This document shows positions 50,395 to 62,813 of a stretch of DNA of 64,000 nucleotides, in pieces (within the stretch, counting starts at the first letter, position 1; the number at the start of each line of letters is the position of its first letter). The position numbers and the translations under genes are program-made. This DNA comes from Mobula hypostoma (Eukaryota): contig NC_086097.1 in the NCBI RefSeq assembly GCF_963921235.1, forward strand, positions 166,410,001-166,474,000. The letters are read 5' to 3'. The notes under the pieces were generated by a model. It searched no databases, was not told the DNA's origin, and was given only the letters and a program-made list of their open reading frames with translations.

Positions 50395-53300
50395 TTGCTA
50401 GGGATGTGCAGCTACTCATTGAGGCTTTATAAGGCATTGATCATGCTGCAATTGGACTATTGTGAGCAAGTTTGGGTTTCATAACTAAGAAAGAATCTGC
50501 TGGCATTAGAGAAAATGCAGAAAGACGTTCACAAGAATGACCCCAGGAATGAAAAGGTTAATGCATGAGGAGAATTTGATGGCTCTGGGCCTGTACTCTT
50601 TGGGGTTTAGAACAATGCGGGGGGGGGGGCGCGGGGTGGAGAATCTCACTGAATTCTATCAAATATTGAAAGGCCTAGTTAGAGAAGATATGTAGAGGAT
50701 GTTTCCAATAGAAATCCAATACAGACTTAGCTGGTACCAGGGCAGGAATGGATTCTCAATATTCCTGGGTTTCAGTGCTTTAAAAGGGATAGAGAGGGGG
50801 GAAAAGGAGAGGAGGGATGGCATTACTGGTCAGGGATACTATTACAGCTACAGAAAGGATGGGTAATGTAGCAGGATCCTCTTTTGAGTCAATATGGGTG
50901 GAAGTCAGGAACAGGAAGGGAGCAGTTACTCTATTGGGGGTATTCTATAGGCCCCCTGGTAGCAGCAGAGATACAGAGGAGCAGATTGGGAGGCAGATTT
51001 TGGAAAAGTGCAAAAATAACAGGGTTGTTATCATGGGTGACTTTAACTTCCCTAATATTGATTGGCACCTGATTAGTTCCAAGGGTTTAGACGGGGCAGA
51101 GTTTGTTAAGTGTGTCCAGGACGGATTCCTGTCACAGTACGTTGACAGGCCGACTAGGGGGAATGCCATACTAGATCTAGTATTAGGTAACAAACCAGGT
51201 CAGGTCACAGATCTCTCAGTGGGTGAGCATCTGGGGGACAGGGACCACCGCTCCCTGGCCTTTAGCATTATCTTGGAAAAGGATAGAATCAGAGAGGACA
51301 GGAACATTTTTAATTAGGGAAGGGCAAATTATGAGGCTCTAAGTCTAGAACTTGCGGATGTGAATTGGGATGATGTTTTTGCAGGGAAATGTACTATGGA
51401 CATGTGGTCGATGTTTAGAGATCTCTTGCAGGATGTTAGGGATAAATTTGTCCCAGTGAGGAAGATAAAGAATGGTAGGTTGAATGAACCATAGGTGACA
51501 TGTGAGGTGGAAAATCTAGTCAGGTGGAATAAGGCAGCATACATGAGGCTTAGGAAGCAAGGATCAGATGGGTTTGTTGAGGAATATAGGGTAGCAAGAA
51601 AGGAGCTTAAGAAGGGGCTGAGAAGAGCAAGAAGGGGGCATGAGAAGGCCTTGGCGAGTAGGGTAAAGGAAAACCCAAAGGCGTTCTTCAATTATGTGAA
51701 GAACAAAAGGATGACAGGAGTGAAGGTAGGACTGATTAGAGATGAAGGTGGGAAAATGTGCCTGGAGGCTGTGGAAGTGAGCGAGGTCCTCAATGAATAC
51801 TTCTCTTCGGTATTCACCAATGAGAGGGAACTTGATGATGGTGAGGACAATATGAGTGAGGTTGATGTTCTGGAGCATGTTGATATTAAGGGAGAAAAGG
51901 TGTTGGAGTTATTAAAATACATTAGGACGGATAAGTCCCCGGGGCCTGACCGAATATTCCCCAGGCTGCTCCATGAGGCGAGGGAAGAGATTGCTGAGCC
52001 TCTGGCTAGGATCTTTATGTCCTCGTTGTCTATGGGAATGGTACCGGAGGATTGGAGGGAGGCGAATGTTGTCCCCTTGTTCAAAAAAGGTAGTAGGGAT
52101 AGTCCGGGTAATTATAGACAAGTGAGCCTTACGTCTGTGGTGGGAAAGCTGCTGGAAAAGATTCTTAGAGATAGGATCTATGGGCATTTAGAGAATCATG
52201 GTCTGATCAGGGACAGTCTGTCTGGCTTTGTGAAGGGCATATCGTGTCTAACAAGCCTGATAAAGTTCTTTGAGGAGGTGACTGGGCATATAGATGAGGG
52301 TAGTGCAGTGGATGTGATCTATATGGATTTTAGTAAGGCATTTGACAAGGTTCCACATGGTAGGCTTATTCAGAAAGTCAGAAGGCCTGGGATCCAGGGA
52401 GGTCTGGCCAGGTGGATTCAGAAATGGCTTGCCTGCAGAAGGCAGAGGGTGGTGGTGGAGGGAGTACATTCAGATTGGAGGATTGTGACTAGTGGTGTCC
52501 CACAAGGATCTGTTCTGGGACCTTTACTTTTCATGATTTTTATTAACGACCTGGATGTGGGGGTAGAAGGGTGGGTTGGCAAGTTTGCAGACGACACACA
52601 GGTTGGTGGTGTTGTAGATAGTGTAGAGGATTGTCAAAGATTGCAGAGAGACCTTGATAGGATGCAGAAGTGGGCTGAGAAGTGGCAGATGGAGTTCCAC
52701 CTGGAGAAGTGTGAGGTGGTACACTTTGGAAGGATAAACTCCAAGGCAGAGTACAAGTAAATGGCAGGATACTTGGTAGTGTGAAGGAGCAGAGAGATCT
52801 TGGGGTATATGTCCACAGATCCCTGAAAGTTGCCTCACAGGTAGATAGGGTAGTTAAGAAAGCTTATAGGGTGTTAGCTTTCATAAGTCAAGGGATAGAG
52901 TTTAAGAGTCGTGAGGTAATGATGCAGCTCTATAAAACTCTGGTTGGGCCACACTTGGAGTACTGTGTCTAGTTCTGGTCGCCTCACTATAGGAAGGATG
53001 TGGAAGCATTGGAAAGGGTACAGAGGAGATTTACCAGGATGCTGCCTTGTTTTAGAGAGTATGGATTATGATCAGAGATTAAGGGAGTTAGGGCTTTACT
53101 CTTTGGAGAGAAGGAGGATGAGAGGAGACATGATAGAGGTATACAAGATATTAAGAGGAATAGATAGAGTGGATAGCTAGCACCTCTTCCCCAGGGCACC
53201 ACTGCTCAATACAAGGGGACATGGCTTTAAGGTAAGGGGTGGGAAGTTCAAGGGGGATATTAGAGGAAGGTTTTATCCTCAGAGAGTGGTTGGTGCATGG

Positions 53301-53830
53301 AATACACTGCCTGAGTCAGTGGTGGAGGCAGATACACTAGTGAAATTTAAGAGACTACTGGACAGATATATAAAGGAACTTAAGGTGTGGGGTTATATGG
53401 AAGGCAGGGTTTGAGGGTCGGCACAATAATGTGGGCCGGAGGGTCTGTACTGTGCTGTACTATTCTATGTTCTATGCTCTATTAATAGTGAGAGGATATA
53501 TGGAGGATGTTTCCAATAGTGGGAGAGTTTAGGACTAGAGGGCACAGCCTCAGAATACAAGGACATCCTTTAGAATAGAGATGTGAAGAAATTTCTTTAG
53601 CCAGAGAATGGTGAATCTGGGGAATTCATTGCCACAGATGGCTATAGAGATCAAGTCATTTGGGTATATTTAATGTGGAGGTTGATAGGTTCTTGATTAG
53701 TAAGAGAGTTTAATGTTACAGGGAGAAGGCTGGAGAAATGGATTGAGAGGCTTAATAAATTAGCCATAATCGTGTGGTGGAGCAGACTTGATGGGCTGAG
53801 TAGCCTAATTTTGCTTCTATGTCTAATGGT
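50395..53830 (+). mobile_element. Older CR1 3' fragment split by a young CR1 (pieces 50395-50711 and 53490-53830)
   Basis: LRLYKAL...LDYCEQVW on the left; MFPIVGEFRTRGHSLRI and 3' UTR on the right. Confidence 0.85.
50718..53482 (+). mobile_element. Young CR1, 5'-truncated ORF2; same subfamily as 4627-7980
   Basis: ORFs 50817-51317 and 51495-52760 (421 aa, RT) nearly identical to the first copy; tail tattctatgttctatg. Confidence 0.97.
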
Positions 53831-54595
53831 CTTAAGGTCATATGATCTTATACCATCATGTTATCATGTTACTAAGAATCTGTCAATAATATTTACTAAT
53901 GTTTTATTCTCTTTAGTTATTTTCTGTTTCTCTATTTTAAATTTTGATCTCATGTTAAGCATTTGATTCAGTAATTTAATTTTTGCTTCACATTCTAGCA
54001 TCTGCAGTCTTTTCTGTATCTGATCTAAAATATATTTGTTCTAACAACTGAAGTTATAGGTTGCAAACATGCAATATAAAGATTATATATGAAATCCAGA
54101 ACCTGATTTTAAGTGGGTTTAATAACAAGAAGGTGGTTAGATTCAGAAAATGAAGTGTCAGCTATATACTGATACTGATAGAACTTATGAAGAGGAGGCT
54201 GTCTCGCATCTTTTTGACAGATCCTTTAATTTGGTGAGCTGGATTAAGCAATTGATGTGGAGAATAAGAATTGGCTCAGACATCAAGGTGGATGAAAAAT
54301 TCTAAGCTGTTCTTTGGAAGTTCTTTGAAGATAGTATCAAAAGCTGCAAGATAAAAAAAATCCTCACTGTCACTAATTATCTAATTATCTGAAGAAAAGC
54401 AGAATTCAATATTTCTGTTCCTATTTTTTCTTCGGGATTAAAGGCATAAATATTGAGTTTTGTCTCCCAACATAAGCTGCTTCTGGGGATAGGAGTTAGA
54501 TTATCAACACTTTGCTTATTGTTTGCTTTGCTGTATTTTGACAAGTAGCACATGGACTGATATAATTTAGCTAAAAAAACCAGCCCATCTAACTT

Positions 54596-54870
54596 ACAAC
54601 AGGAATTCTGCAGATGCTGGAAATTCAAGCAACATACATCAAAGTTGCTGGTGAACGCAGCAGGCCAGGCAGCATCTCTAGGAAGAGGTGCAGTCGACGT
54701 TTCAGGCTGAGACCCTTCGTCAGGACTAACTGAAGGAAGAGTGAGTAAGGGATTTGAAAGTTGGAGGGGGAGGGGGAGATCCAAAATGATAGGAGAAGAC
54801 AGGAGGGGGAGGGATAGAGCCAAGAGCTGGACAGGCGATAGGCAAAAGGGGATACGAGAGGATCATGGGA
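54596..54870 (-). mobile_element. PLE 3' pLTR fragment with hammerhead motif (54692-54727)
   Basis: Minus agtcCTGACGAagggtctcagcctGAAACGTCgact; very similar to 56660-56910. Confidence 0.85.
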
Positions 54871-55249
54871 CTTACCTTACCTGTGCCAGCCATCTGGAAG
54901 AGCTGCCAACATCACTTAGTAAGGTGGTCACACCACAACTAAACACTACGAGACAGGGAAGGAGCAAATCTCCTTCAGAGAATATTTAGAGATATTTCAC
55001 TTTTAGGAAGTGAGGTAGCACAGTTAATAAGAAATGAAATAGCAACAGTGATAAGAGATGCTCGAGTTTTGTTTAGGTTTCTCATTTTTGTTTCTAACAT
55101 GGAATAACCTAAGTAAAAGTCAAAGTCAAGTTCATTGTCATATGCATATTGTGCCACATGGAAGCTGCAACTGGCAAATATACACATAGCAAGCTTTCAG
55201 GAGAGTGAGGTTAAGAGGATCTAATTCTCCCAATTTAGATGGAAGAAAA

Positions 55250-55912
55250 TGGAGGAGGAGGAGGAGAAGATGGCAGCGCGACCCAGCGCGTGCGACCTCT
55301 CCGGTGATTGATATCTGTAATCTGTCAAGTAGGGGACCGTGCACAATTCTGATTTGATGGAGACAAATGTGAGAGTACGGAGGAACATCTGGTGAAACTT
55401 CTGAAATGCCCTCTTCGCTGCCGCTGCTACTGTGTGGTAAATGGAATCTCCGGAGCAGAAGGCCCCGAATCCTCGGCTTTGCTTGTTTCAGCGGCCGGGG
55501 GAGGTCTGTATCAGAGAGGCTGGTCGGAGGCTCGAAGTTTTCGGACGGACGGATGGACTCAGTGTCGGCTGTGGTCAGCTGCTTCCAAGGCATCGGCAGT
55601 TGTCAGTGCCTGGAGGTTTATGGCAGGGAGTATTCTCCCTTTTGCCGCCTACTGTCGGGGACTTGGAAGTCAATCGGGACTTGAGACTTTTTTTTACAGT
55701 GCCCATGGTCTGTTCTTTATCAAATTATGGTATTGTTTTGAACTGCTGTAACTATATGTTATAACTATGTGGTTCTGTTAGCGTTAGTCTTCGGTTTGTC
55801 CTGTTTTCTGTGATATCACTCTGGAGGAACATTGTATCATTTCTTAATGCATGTATGCATTTCTAAATCACAATAAAAGAGGACTGAGTGTTCTCATAAT
55901 CTAATCTAATCT
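55250..55912 (+). mobile_element. Putative non-autonomous LINE-derived retroposon
   Basis: CpG-rich body starting ggagAAGATGGCagcgcg; ends aataaa...(aatct)3; no RT-like ORF; no clear TSD. Confidence 0.55.
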
Positions 55913-56659
55913 ATGCCCCTTTTGTTATAGTGTTGAGGGATGGCTCTATTAATATACAACTAGACAGAATAACAAAACAGACCTGTCCTGAACTGCACAT
56001 TAAGTGGCAAGAATACACCTTTAACAGTGTGCTAATGCAGGAGGGGGCTACTTAATGCCTTCCTTGATATCATTTTGAAGTTTTGAACGGTCACTGATAA
56101 CACGAATATTCCTCTCTCATCTGCCATTTCATAGCTTCAATGGAACGGAATCAGAATCTCCCACACCCAATCATAAACGCAAGAGAGCCTGCAGATGCTG
56201 GAAATCTTGAGCAACACACGTAAAATGCTAGAGGAACTCAGAAAATCAGGCAGCATGTATAGAGGGGAACTCAGAAAGTCAGGCAGCATCTATGGAGGGG
56301 TCTCAGCTGAAAACATGGACTGTTTATTCTCCTTTATAGATGCTGCCTGACTTGCTGAGTTCCTCCAGCATTTGTGTGTGTCTCATATCCAATGACTGAT
56401 TTCACTAAACTTAAGGTTTCAGTTGAAGTTAAATTGTGAACAGGTTTTATTTCCTGACGACTGGTTTTCACTTGAATTAATATCTGCTATACTCACGTAA
56501 TTCCATAACTATTGAATTACTCCTAACAGGTGCAATGAAAACATATTGGTGGCATCATCACAGGCACATTGCATCAGATCAGTAGTATTCATAAGAAAAA
56601 CATGCCTTAAACATAATTTACACACAGTTTTTACAAGAAAAAACACAATTAGGACAGAA

Positions 56660-57730
56660 AAAACAAAGCAACACACATCAAAGTTGCTGGTGAATGCAGC
56701 AGGCCAGGCAGCATCTCTAGGAAGAGGTGCAGTCGACGTTTCGGGCCGAGACCCTTCGTCAGGACTAACTGAAGGAAGAGCTAGTAAGAGATTTGAAAGT
56801 GAGGGGGAGGGGGAGATCTGGAATGATAGGGGAAGACAGGAGGGGGAGGGATGGAGCCAAGAGCTGGATAGGTGATTGGCAAAAGGGATATGAGAGGATC
56901 ATGGGACAGGAGGCCCAGGGAGAAGGAAAAGGGGGAGGGGGGAAAAAACCTAGAGGATGTGCAAGGGGTATAGTCAGAGGGACATAGGGAGAAAAAGGAG
57001 AGAGAGAGAAAGAATGTGTGTATATAAATAAATAACGGATGGGGTACGAGGGGGAGGTGGGGCATTAGCGGAAGTTAGAGAAGTCAAAGTTCATGCCATC
57101 AGGTTGGAGGCTACCCAGACGGAATATAAAGTGTTGTTCTTCCAACCTGAGTGTGGCTTCATCTTTACAGTAGAGGAGGCCGTGGATAGACATGTCAGAA
57201 TGGGAATGGGATGTGGAATTAAAATGCGTGGCCACTGGGAGATCCTGCTTTCTCTGGCGGACAGAGGGTAGGTATTCAGCAAAACGATCTCCCAGTCTGC
57301 GTTGGGTCTCGCCAATATATAGAAGGCCACATCGGGAGCACTGGACGCAGTATATCACCCCAGCCATCTCACAGGTGAAGTGTCACCTCACCTGGAAGGA
57401 CTGTTTGAGGCCCTGAATGGTGGTAAGGGAGGAAGTGTAAGGGGATGTGTAGCACTTGTTCCGCTTACAAGGATAAGTGCCAGGAGGGAGATCAGTGGGG
57501 AGGGATGGGGGGGACGAATGGACAAGGGAGTGGCGTAGGGAGCGATCCCTGCGGAAAGCAGAGAGAGGGGGTGAGGGAAAGATGTGCTTAGTGGTGGGAT
57601 CCCGTTGGAGGTGGCGGAAGTTACGGAGAATAATATGTTGGACCCGGAGGCTGGTGGGGTGGTAGGTGTGGATCAGGAGAACCCTATTCCTATGGGGTGG
57701 CGGGAGGATGGAGTGAGAGCAGATGTCCAT
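56660..57730 (-). mobile_element. Young Neptune PLE 3' part: Cys linker, GIY-YIG endonuclease, pLTR
   Basis: PGTYPCKRNKCYTSPYT and VIYCVQCSRCGLLYIGETQRRLGDRF; ORFs 57383-57730 and 57065-57367 are in frame, separated by one TGA. Confidence 0.95.
56731..56766 (-). ncRNA. Minimal hammerhead ribozyme motif, best-preserved copy
   Basis: agtc-CTGACGA-a-gggt-ctc-ggccc-GAAAC-GTC-gact. Confidence 0.85.
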
Positions 57731-58308
57731 TTTAGTTCAAAGTGGCCAAAGTATTACTAAACCGTTTAGGATTTTGCTGGCTCGTTCAAGAAGCAAATGG
57801 CTCAAGGGAAATAGTTGTAGTTGAACCTAGTGATGTGGGACTTTGGGCTCTATACCTCCTGCCTGATGGTAGTTGCGAGAATATAACATCACCCTGATGG
57901 TTGGGAGCTTTGATACTGGTTACCTACTTAAGGCAGCACTTTCTGTAGATTCTACTATTGGTACAGAAGGATATAACCTGATGTATTGGGCAGACTCCAT
58001 TCCTCTTTGTGGCTTCTAACATTCCTGCATATTCAAATTACTCCACCAGACAGTGATGCAACCAGTCTATCAGATGCCAGTTACTTTTTTTCTGATCATC
58101 ATCATTTTATTTTGATACATCTTAAATGTTTTTGGTGTAGATAAACAACACCATACAATCCAGGTGCTTTCTTTTTTTATCTCAGCTACCTAACCCTTCA
58201 GTATATCCACCCTTGCTTAAACTAAGGTCTGTCCTTCAAACTTCTGTCTCACAAAATTCTCAATTTGATCAGTACAGACTCCTTTAATTTGTGTATAGGA
58301 TGTCTTGT

Positions 58309-59067
58309 AGTGTGAGGTGGTACACTTTGGAAGGACAAACTCCAAGGCAGAGTACAAAGTAAATGGCAGGATACTTGGTAGTGTGGAGGAGCAGAGGGAT
58401 CTCGGGGTACATGTCCACAGATCCCTGAAAGTTGCCTCACAGGTAGATAGGGTAGTTAAGAAAGCTTATGGGGTGTTAGCTTTCATAAGTCGAGGGATAG
58501 AGTTTAAGAGTCGCGGGGTAATGATGCAGCTCTATAAAACTGGTTAGGCCACACTTGGAGTACTGTGTCCACTTCTGGTCACCTCACTATTGGAAGGATG
58601 TGGAAGCATTGGAAAGGGTACAGAGGAGATTTACCAGGATGCTGCCTGGTTTAGAGAGTATGCATTATGATCAGAGATTAAGGGAGCTAGGGCTTTACTC
58701 TTTGGAGAGAAGGAGGATGAGAGGAGACATGATAGAGGTATACAAGATATTAAGAGGAATAGATAGAGTGGACAGCCAGCACCTCTTCGCCAGGGCACCA
58801 CTGCTCAATACAAGAGGACATGGCTTCAAGGTAAGAGGTGGGAAGTTCAAGGGGGATATTAGAGGAAGGTTTTTTACTCAGAGAGTGGTTGGTGCGTGGA
58901 ATGCACTGCCTGAGTCAGTGGTGGAGGCAGATACACTAGTGAAATTTAAGAGACTGCTAGACAGGTTTATGGAGGAATTTAAGGTGGAGGGCAGGGTTTA
59001 AGGGTCGGTACAACATTGTGGGCTAAAGGGCCTGTACTGTACTATTCTATGCTCTATGTTCTATGTT
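58309..59067 (+). mobile_element. Third copy (3' 760 bp) of the young CR1 subfamily
   Basis: VHFGRTNSKAEYKVNG...ESMHYDQRLRELG...; tail ctatgttctatg. Confidence 0.95.
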
Positions 59068-60747
59068 TAAACTTTTTGGTGGTGCTTTATAAGTCACGAA
59101 AATTTGTGATATAAGGTCTGATCCAATGACAATATCCAGCATCCCCTATCTTTATATCAGATTTGCAAAATTTGATGTTTTAACATTTGCAGTTATTTGA
59201 TTTTTAATATCTCACAACATGTGTTACACCTAAGTGACAATTTTCATTTAAATATCTCTACCAAAGCTTTGGTTTGTGCCAAGTTTAACACATTTTTCCC
59301 CAATTGATTAAACTCTATTTTTTTTTGTGTGTGTGGGAGAGTAACAAAAAATAATTTCTAACAGGACACAGAAATCCTGTTTTTAATTATATTGAAATAG
59401 GGGAGTGAATTGAAGTCATGCGAAATAAGAATACAAGAACATCAGTAAAGGATTGATGGTGTACAAAAATAATTGTAACCACATCAGCCGAAGATAGAAG
59501 AGAAGGCTTTTTGTTATTTTAAAAATGTTACCCTGATTATCCCCGAACAATTAACATACATCAAACCAAATCATATTGTGCTCTGTTCTGTTTATAGAAG
59601 TCTGTATTCAGTGTTCCCTTTTTCTATTATTGACGTTGGCATAAGTCTCAAGTTCTGTAACTGTAATAGATATGTAATGCATTGCTGAACTACCTGTAAG
59701 TCATCAATCACCAGCCATCATTGCAGTCTCTGTGAAGGTAAACACCACCATATATGCCATTAGTAACTTCATACACTCACTGCCTGAAGGGATGGTGTGG
59801 TACTGAAACCTGAATCTCCAACTCTGATAGATTGAGCTTCCTATTTTCATGAATATCCTAAATATTCTCAATTCCCTTGGAGGATAAGAGCTATCATTTC
59901 ATTTACAAAACAAAAGCTAGTGAAGGAAATAAAGTATCTATTCTGTTTTTGCTACAGGACTCATAAATTACATTTCAATAGAAGGGATTAAACACCAAAG
60001 AATAAGTTTACTGTTGATGGTCCTGGTCAGTTGTCCTTGAAGCCGAACACAGCAAGAATGAATGTTTTAGGGAATGACAGAAAGTCAACTGAAGCCGGGA
60101 AATTGTGAAAATGGTGGAAGCTGTGTAGAAATGTGGAGTATGATGTAGAAATGAGGAGAAAATGACATGAAAATACTTATCAACAGATATGTTCACTCAA
60201 ATTGTGAATAGGGTAGTTTAATCTTTGGGGAAAATGAAACTTAATAGTATTTGCATAGCACCTTGTAAATCTTAATTGTATTTCAACAAGCATCTTCATA
60301 TTTCAAGCATGTTTGAAAAAGTAAAGTAACACCTAATTGACACTGGGGTGAATTTTGATTTTTTTCTGCATCCAAATCTGAGAAATGCGTTTACAGAAAT
60401 ATACCATGTTCTTGTTCTGGGTTCACCACTAATAAAATCTCCTTGGATTTATGGAGAGAATTTTAAAGGAGAAAATTTCTTAAAGTGCTCCACAGAGACA
60501 TAATCTTCATACAATGGATGTTGAGTGATACCTTATCCCCAGTTGCTTTGCCAGGCATTAGATCCAAAAGGAAGACGTAAATATTGGTCCAAAAAATAAA
60601 AAAATGACGTCTGGAATCAAAACGAAACAAAAAGGAAAAAAGGAATAATTAAAAAGAGGAAAATAGAATATGAGAGTAAACTTGCATGGAATATAGCAAC
60701 ACACACAGAATGCTGGAAGAACTCAGCATGTCAGGCAGCATCTATAG

Positions 60748-62223
60748 CAGACATCCCACCTCTCCCAGAAGTTCCAGGAGTCTCCTGCATATTGATAGTG
60801 GCTCCCTGACGTCCGGAAATTATATACAATATCCCAGAAATTAATTTTTTTGAGAAAGAGAGAGAGGGAGAGCGAGCATCCTGATTGGTCTCTCTTCGTG
60901 CTAAGAGTGGTCCCCAACCACCGAGGAAACAATATGATTTGGTGATGTGAAATGATATGAGTCAGCTGCACCTTTCCTCATTCCCTGCCATGCACTGTTG
61001 AACTTGAACGCTCGCGAGGTCATTACGCACACGTCATCCATGTCAGCGCAGGAAGATCAACTCCTCGAGCTTGCAAATGACGGTGGGCTGAAAAGTATGT
61101 TTGACATAACATCCCTGCCGGCATTCTGGATCAAAGTCAAGGCTGAATATCCTGAGATACCCACGGAAGCACTGAAAACGTTGCTTCCATTTCCAACATC
61201 ATATCGCTGCGAAGCGGGGTTTTCTGCAATGAATGCAATGAAAACAAAATTGCGGAATAGACTGGACATAAGGAACCCCCTTCGAGTATCGCTGTCTCTC
61301 ATCACCCCTCGATAGGACCGTCTTGTTGCAGGAAAACAAGCCCAGGGCTCCCACTGATTCAGCGATATTGGTGTGTTACAATGATTTTATATGTTCTTAC
61401 GAGGAAAATATGTGCTGTGTGTTTAATATTCAAATGTTACTTAAAATGTTATGATGCTATTGACTTATAATTGACTTATCACTATATTCACGCGAGGAAA
61501 ATATGCGCTGTGTGTTTAATATTAAATTAGTTAGATAAACCCTTTTAGAAACAAAATTGAGTGTATTAGCCACTTATAAGTGACTTATAGTTATCTTATC
61601 ACCTATATTCCGCTCGTGATTAACACACCCCCCCATCCCATCCGCCTCCCCAGTTGGCTGGTCCACAAGAATATTAAACCGGTCCGCGGTGCCAAAAAAT
61701 GTTGGGGACCCCTGCTAAGTAGACCTATCAGTTTTCTCTGTGGGCGGGCTTTACTGCCGACCTCAAAAATAATGACAGTGTTGTTTGCTGCACTGTTTGC
61801 AACAGTGACTTTTCTATTGCCCATGGTGGGTTAAAATGTAAAAGACATGTTGAGGTGAGTTTAACAGGTGCCATTCGTTCATTAGCGTAGCTAACGTTAT
61901 TTAAACTAGCTGGCTGGCTGCTAAGGAGCTACTCTATTGATGTCCTACGTGATGAGGCCAAACTCCCTGTAGACTTGCTTAAAGTTGTAATAGAATAAAC
62001 ATGATAATATAATATAAGTACATATTTTAATGTCATATTTTCTGCATATACCCAACTTTGTTTACAGATTAGACAAAATCACTAAACAAAGTATTACATA
62101 CACCCTTGGAGGTCGACTGGGGGTGGGGGATATGGGGTTTTGGGGGGGGGGTGCGGAGGCGCTACCTCCCTGAAATGGTGGTGCTACCTCCCTGAAATGA
62201 GTTTTTGCAGGCTGGGATGTCTG
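60748..62223. mobile_element. Non-autonomous DNA transposon (possibly hAT6-type) inserted in a PLE 3' end
   Basis: TIR CAGACATCCCA...TGGGATGTCTG; ctatag duplicated at 60742-60747 and 62224-62229; flanks rejoin as gcagcatctatagaaaagagtacagtc. Confidence 0.75.
60906..61714 (+). mobile_element. hAT Buster/Charlie deletion derivative with transposase C-terminal dimerisation domain
   Basis: TIR agtggtccccaac / gttggggacccctg; FWIKVKAEYPEI...LLPFPTSYRCEAGFS...KTKLRNRL...*DRLVAGKQAQGSH*. Confidence 0.92.
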
Positions 62224-62469
62224 CTATAGAAAAGAGTACAGTCAAGGTTTCGTTCTGAGACAGCTGACTTTAAAATCTTTTTGCAGGCATGTGAGGGAAA
62301 AAGATTTGTGAAAACAAATGTCATCCCTTTACTGTCAGAAAGGTGAACAAAAACATCGCAGACCACTTGAAGAAATACTTTATAAATGCAAAAGTTTCAG
62401 CAGAAGCTGGAAATCTTGAGCAGCACACAGAAAATACTGGAGGAACTCAAAAAGTCAGGCAGCATAAGA

Positions 62470-62813
62470 CATCAGACCATAAGATATAGGAGTAGAATGA
62501 GGCTATTTGGCCCATCAATTCTGCTCCATCATTCAATCATGGCTGATTTATTATCCCTCTCAAGCCCAGTTCTCCTGCCTTCTCCCCTTAACTTTGTTGC
62601 CCTTACTAATAAAGAAACTATCAAACTCTACTTTAAATATATCCAATAACTTAGCTTCCACAGCTGACTGTGGCAATAAATTCCACGGATTCATCACCCT
62701 CTGGGTACTTCTCCTTGTCCACTTCTTCTAGAGTTTTCAATATTTGATACAGTTCAATGAAATCCCTCTCATTTGTCTAAGCTCCAGTGAGTACAGGGCA
62801 ATCAAATGGTCCT
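62470..62813 (-). mobile_element. CR1 3' fragment inserted in a PLE end (62385-63134)
   Basis: SYEDHLIALYSLELRQMRG; cataaga duplicated at 62463-62469 and 62814-62820. Confidence 0.75.

Noticed and set aside
51495..52760. 421-aa RT ORF as a functional gene
   Set aside because: Internal piece of a 5'-truncated CR1 ORF2 with stops on both sides.
60998..61315. ORF resembling domesticated ZBED5/ZBED8/SCAND3 genes
   Set aside because: C-terminal fragment only, with a premature stop before the natural end, and enclosed by hAT TIRs; it is a transposon remnant.
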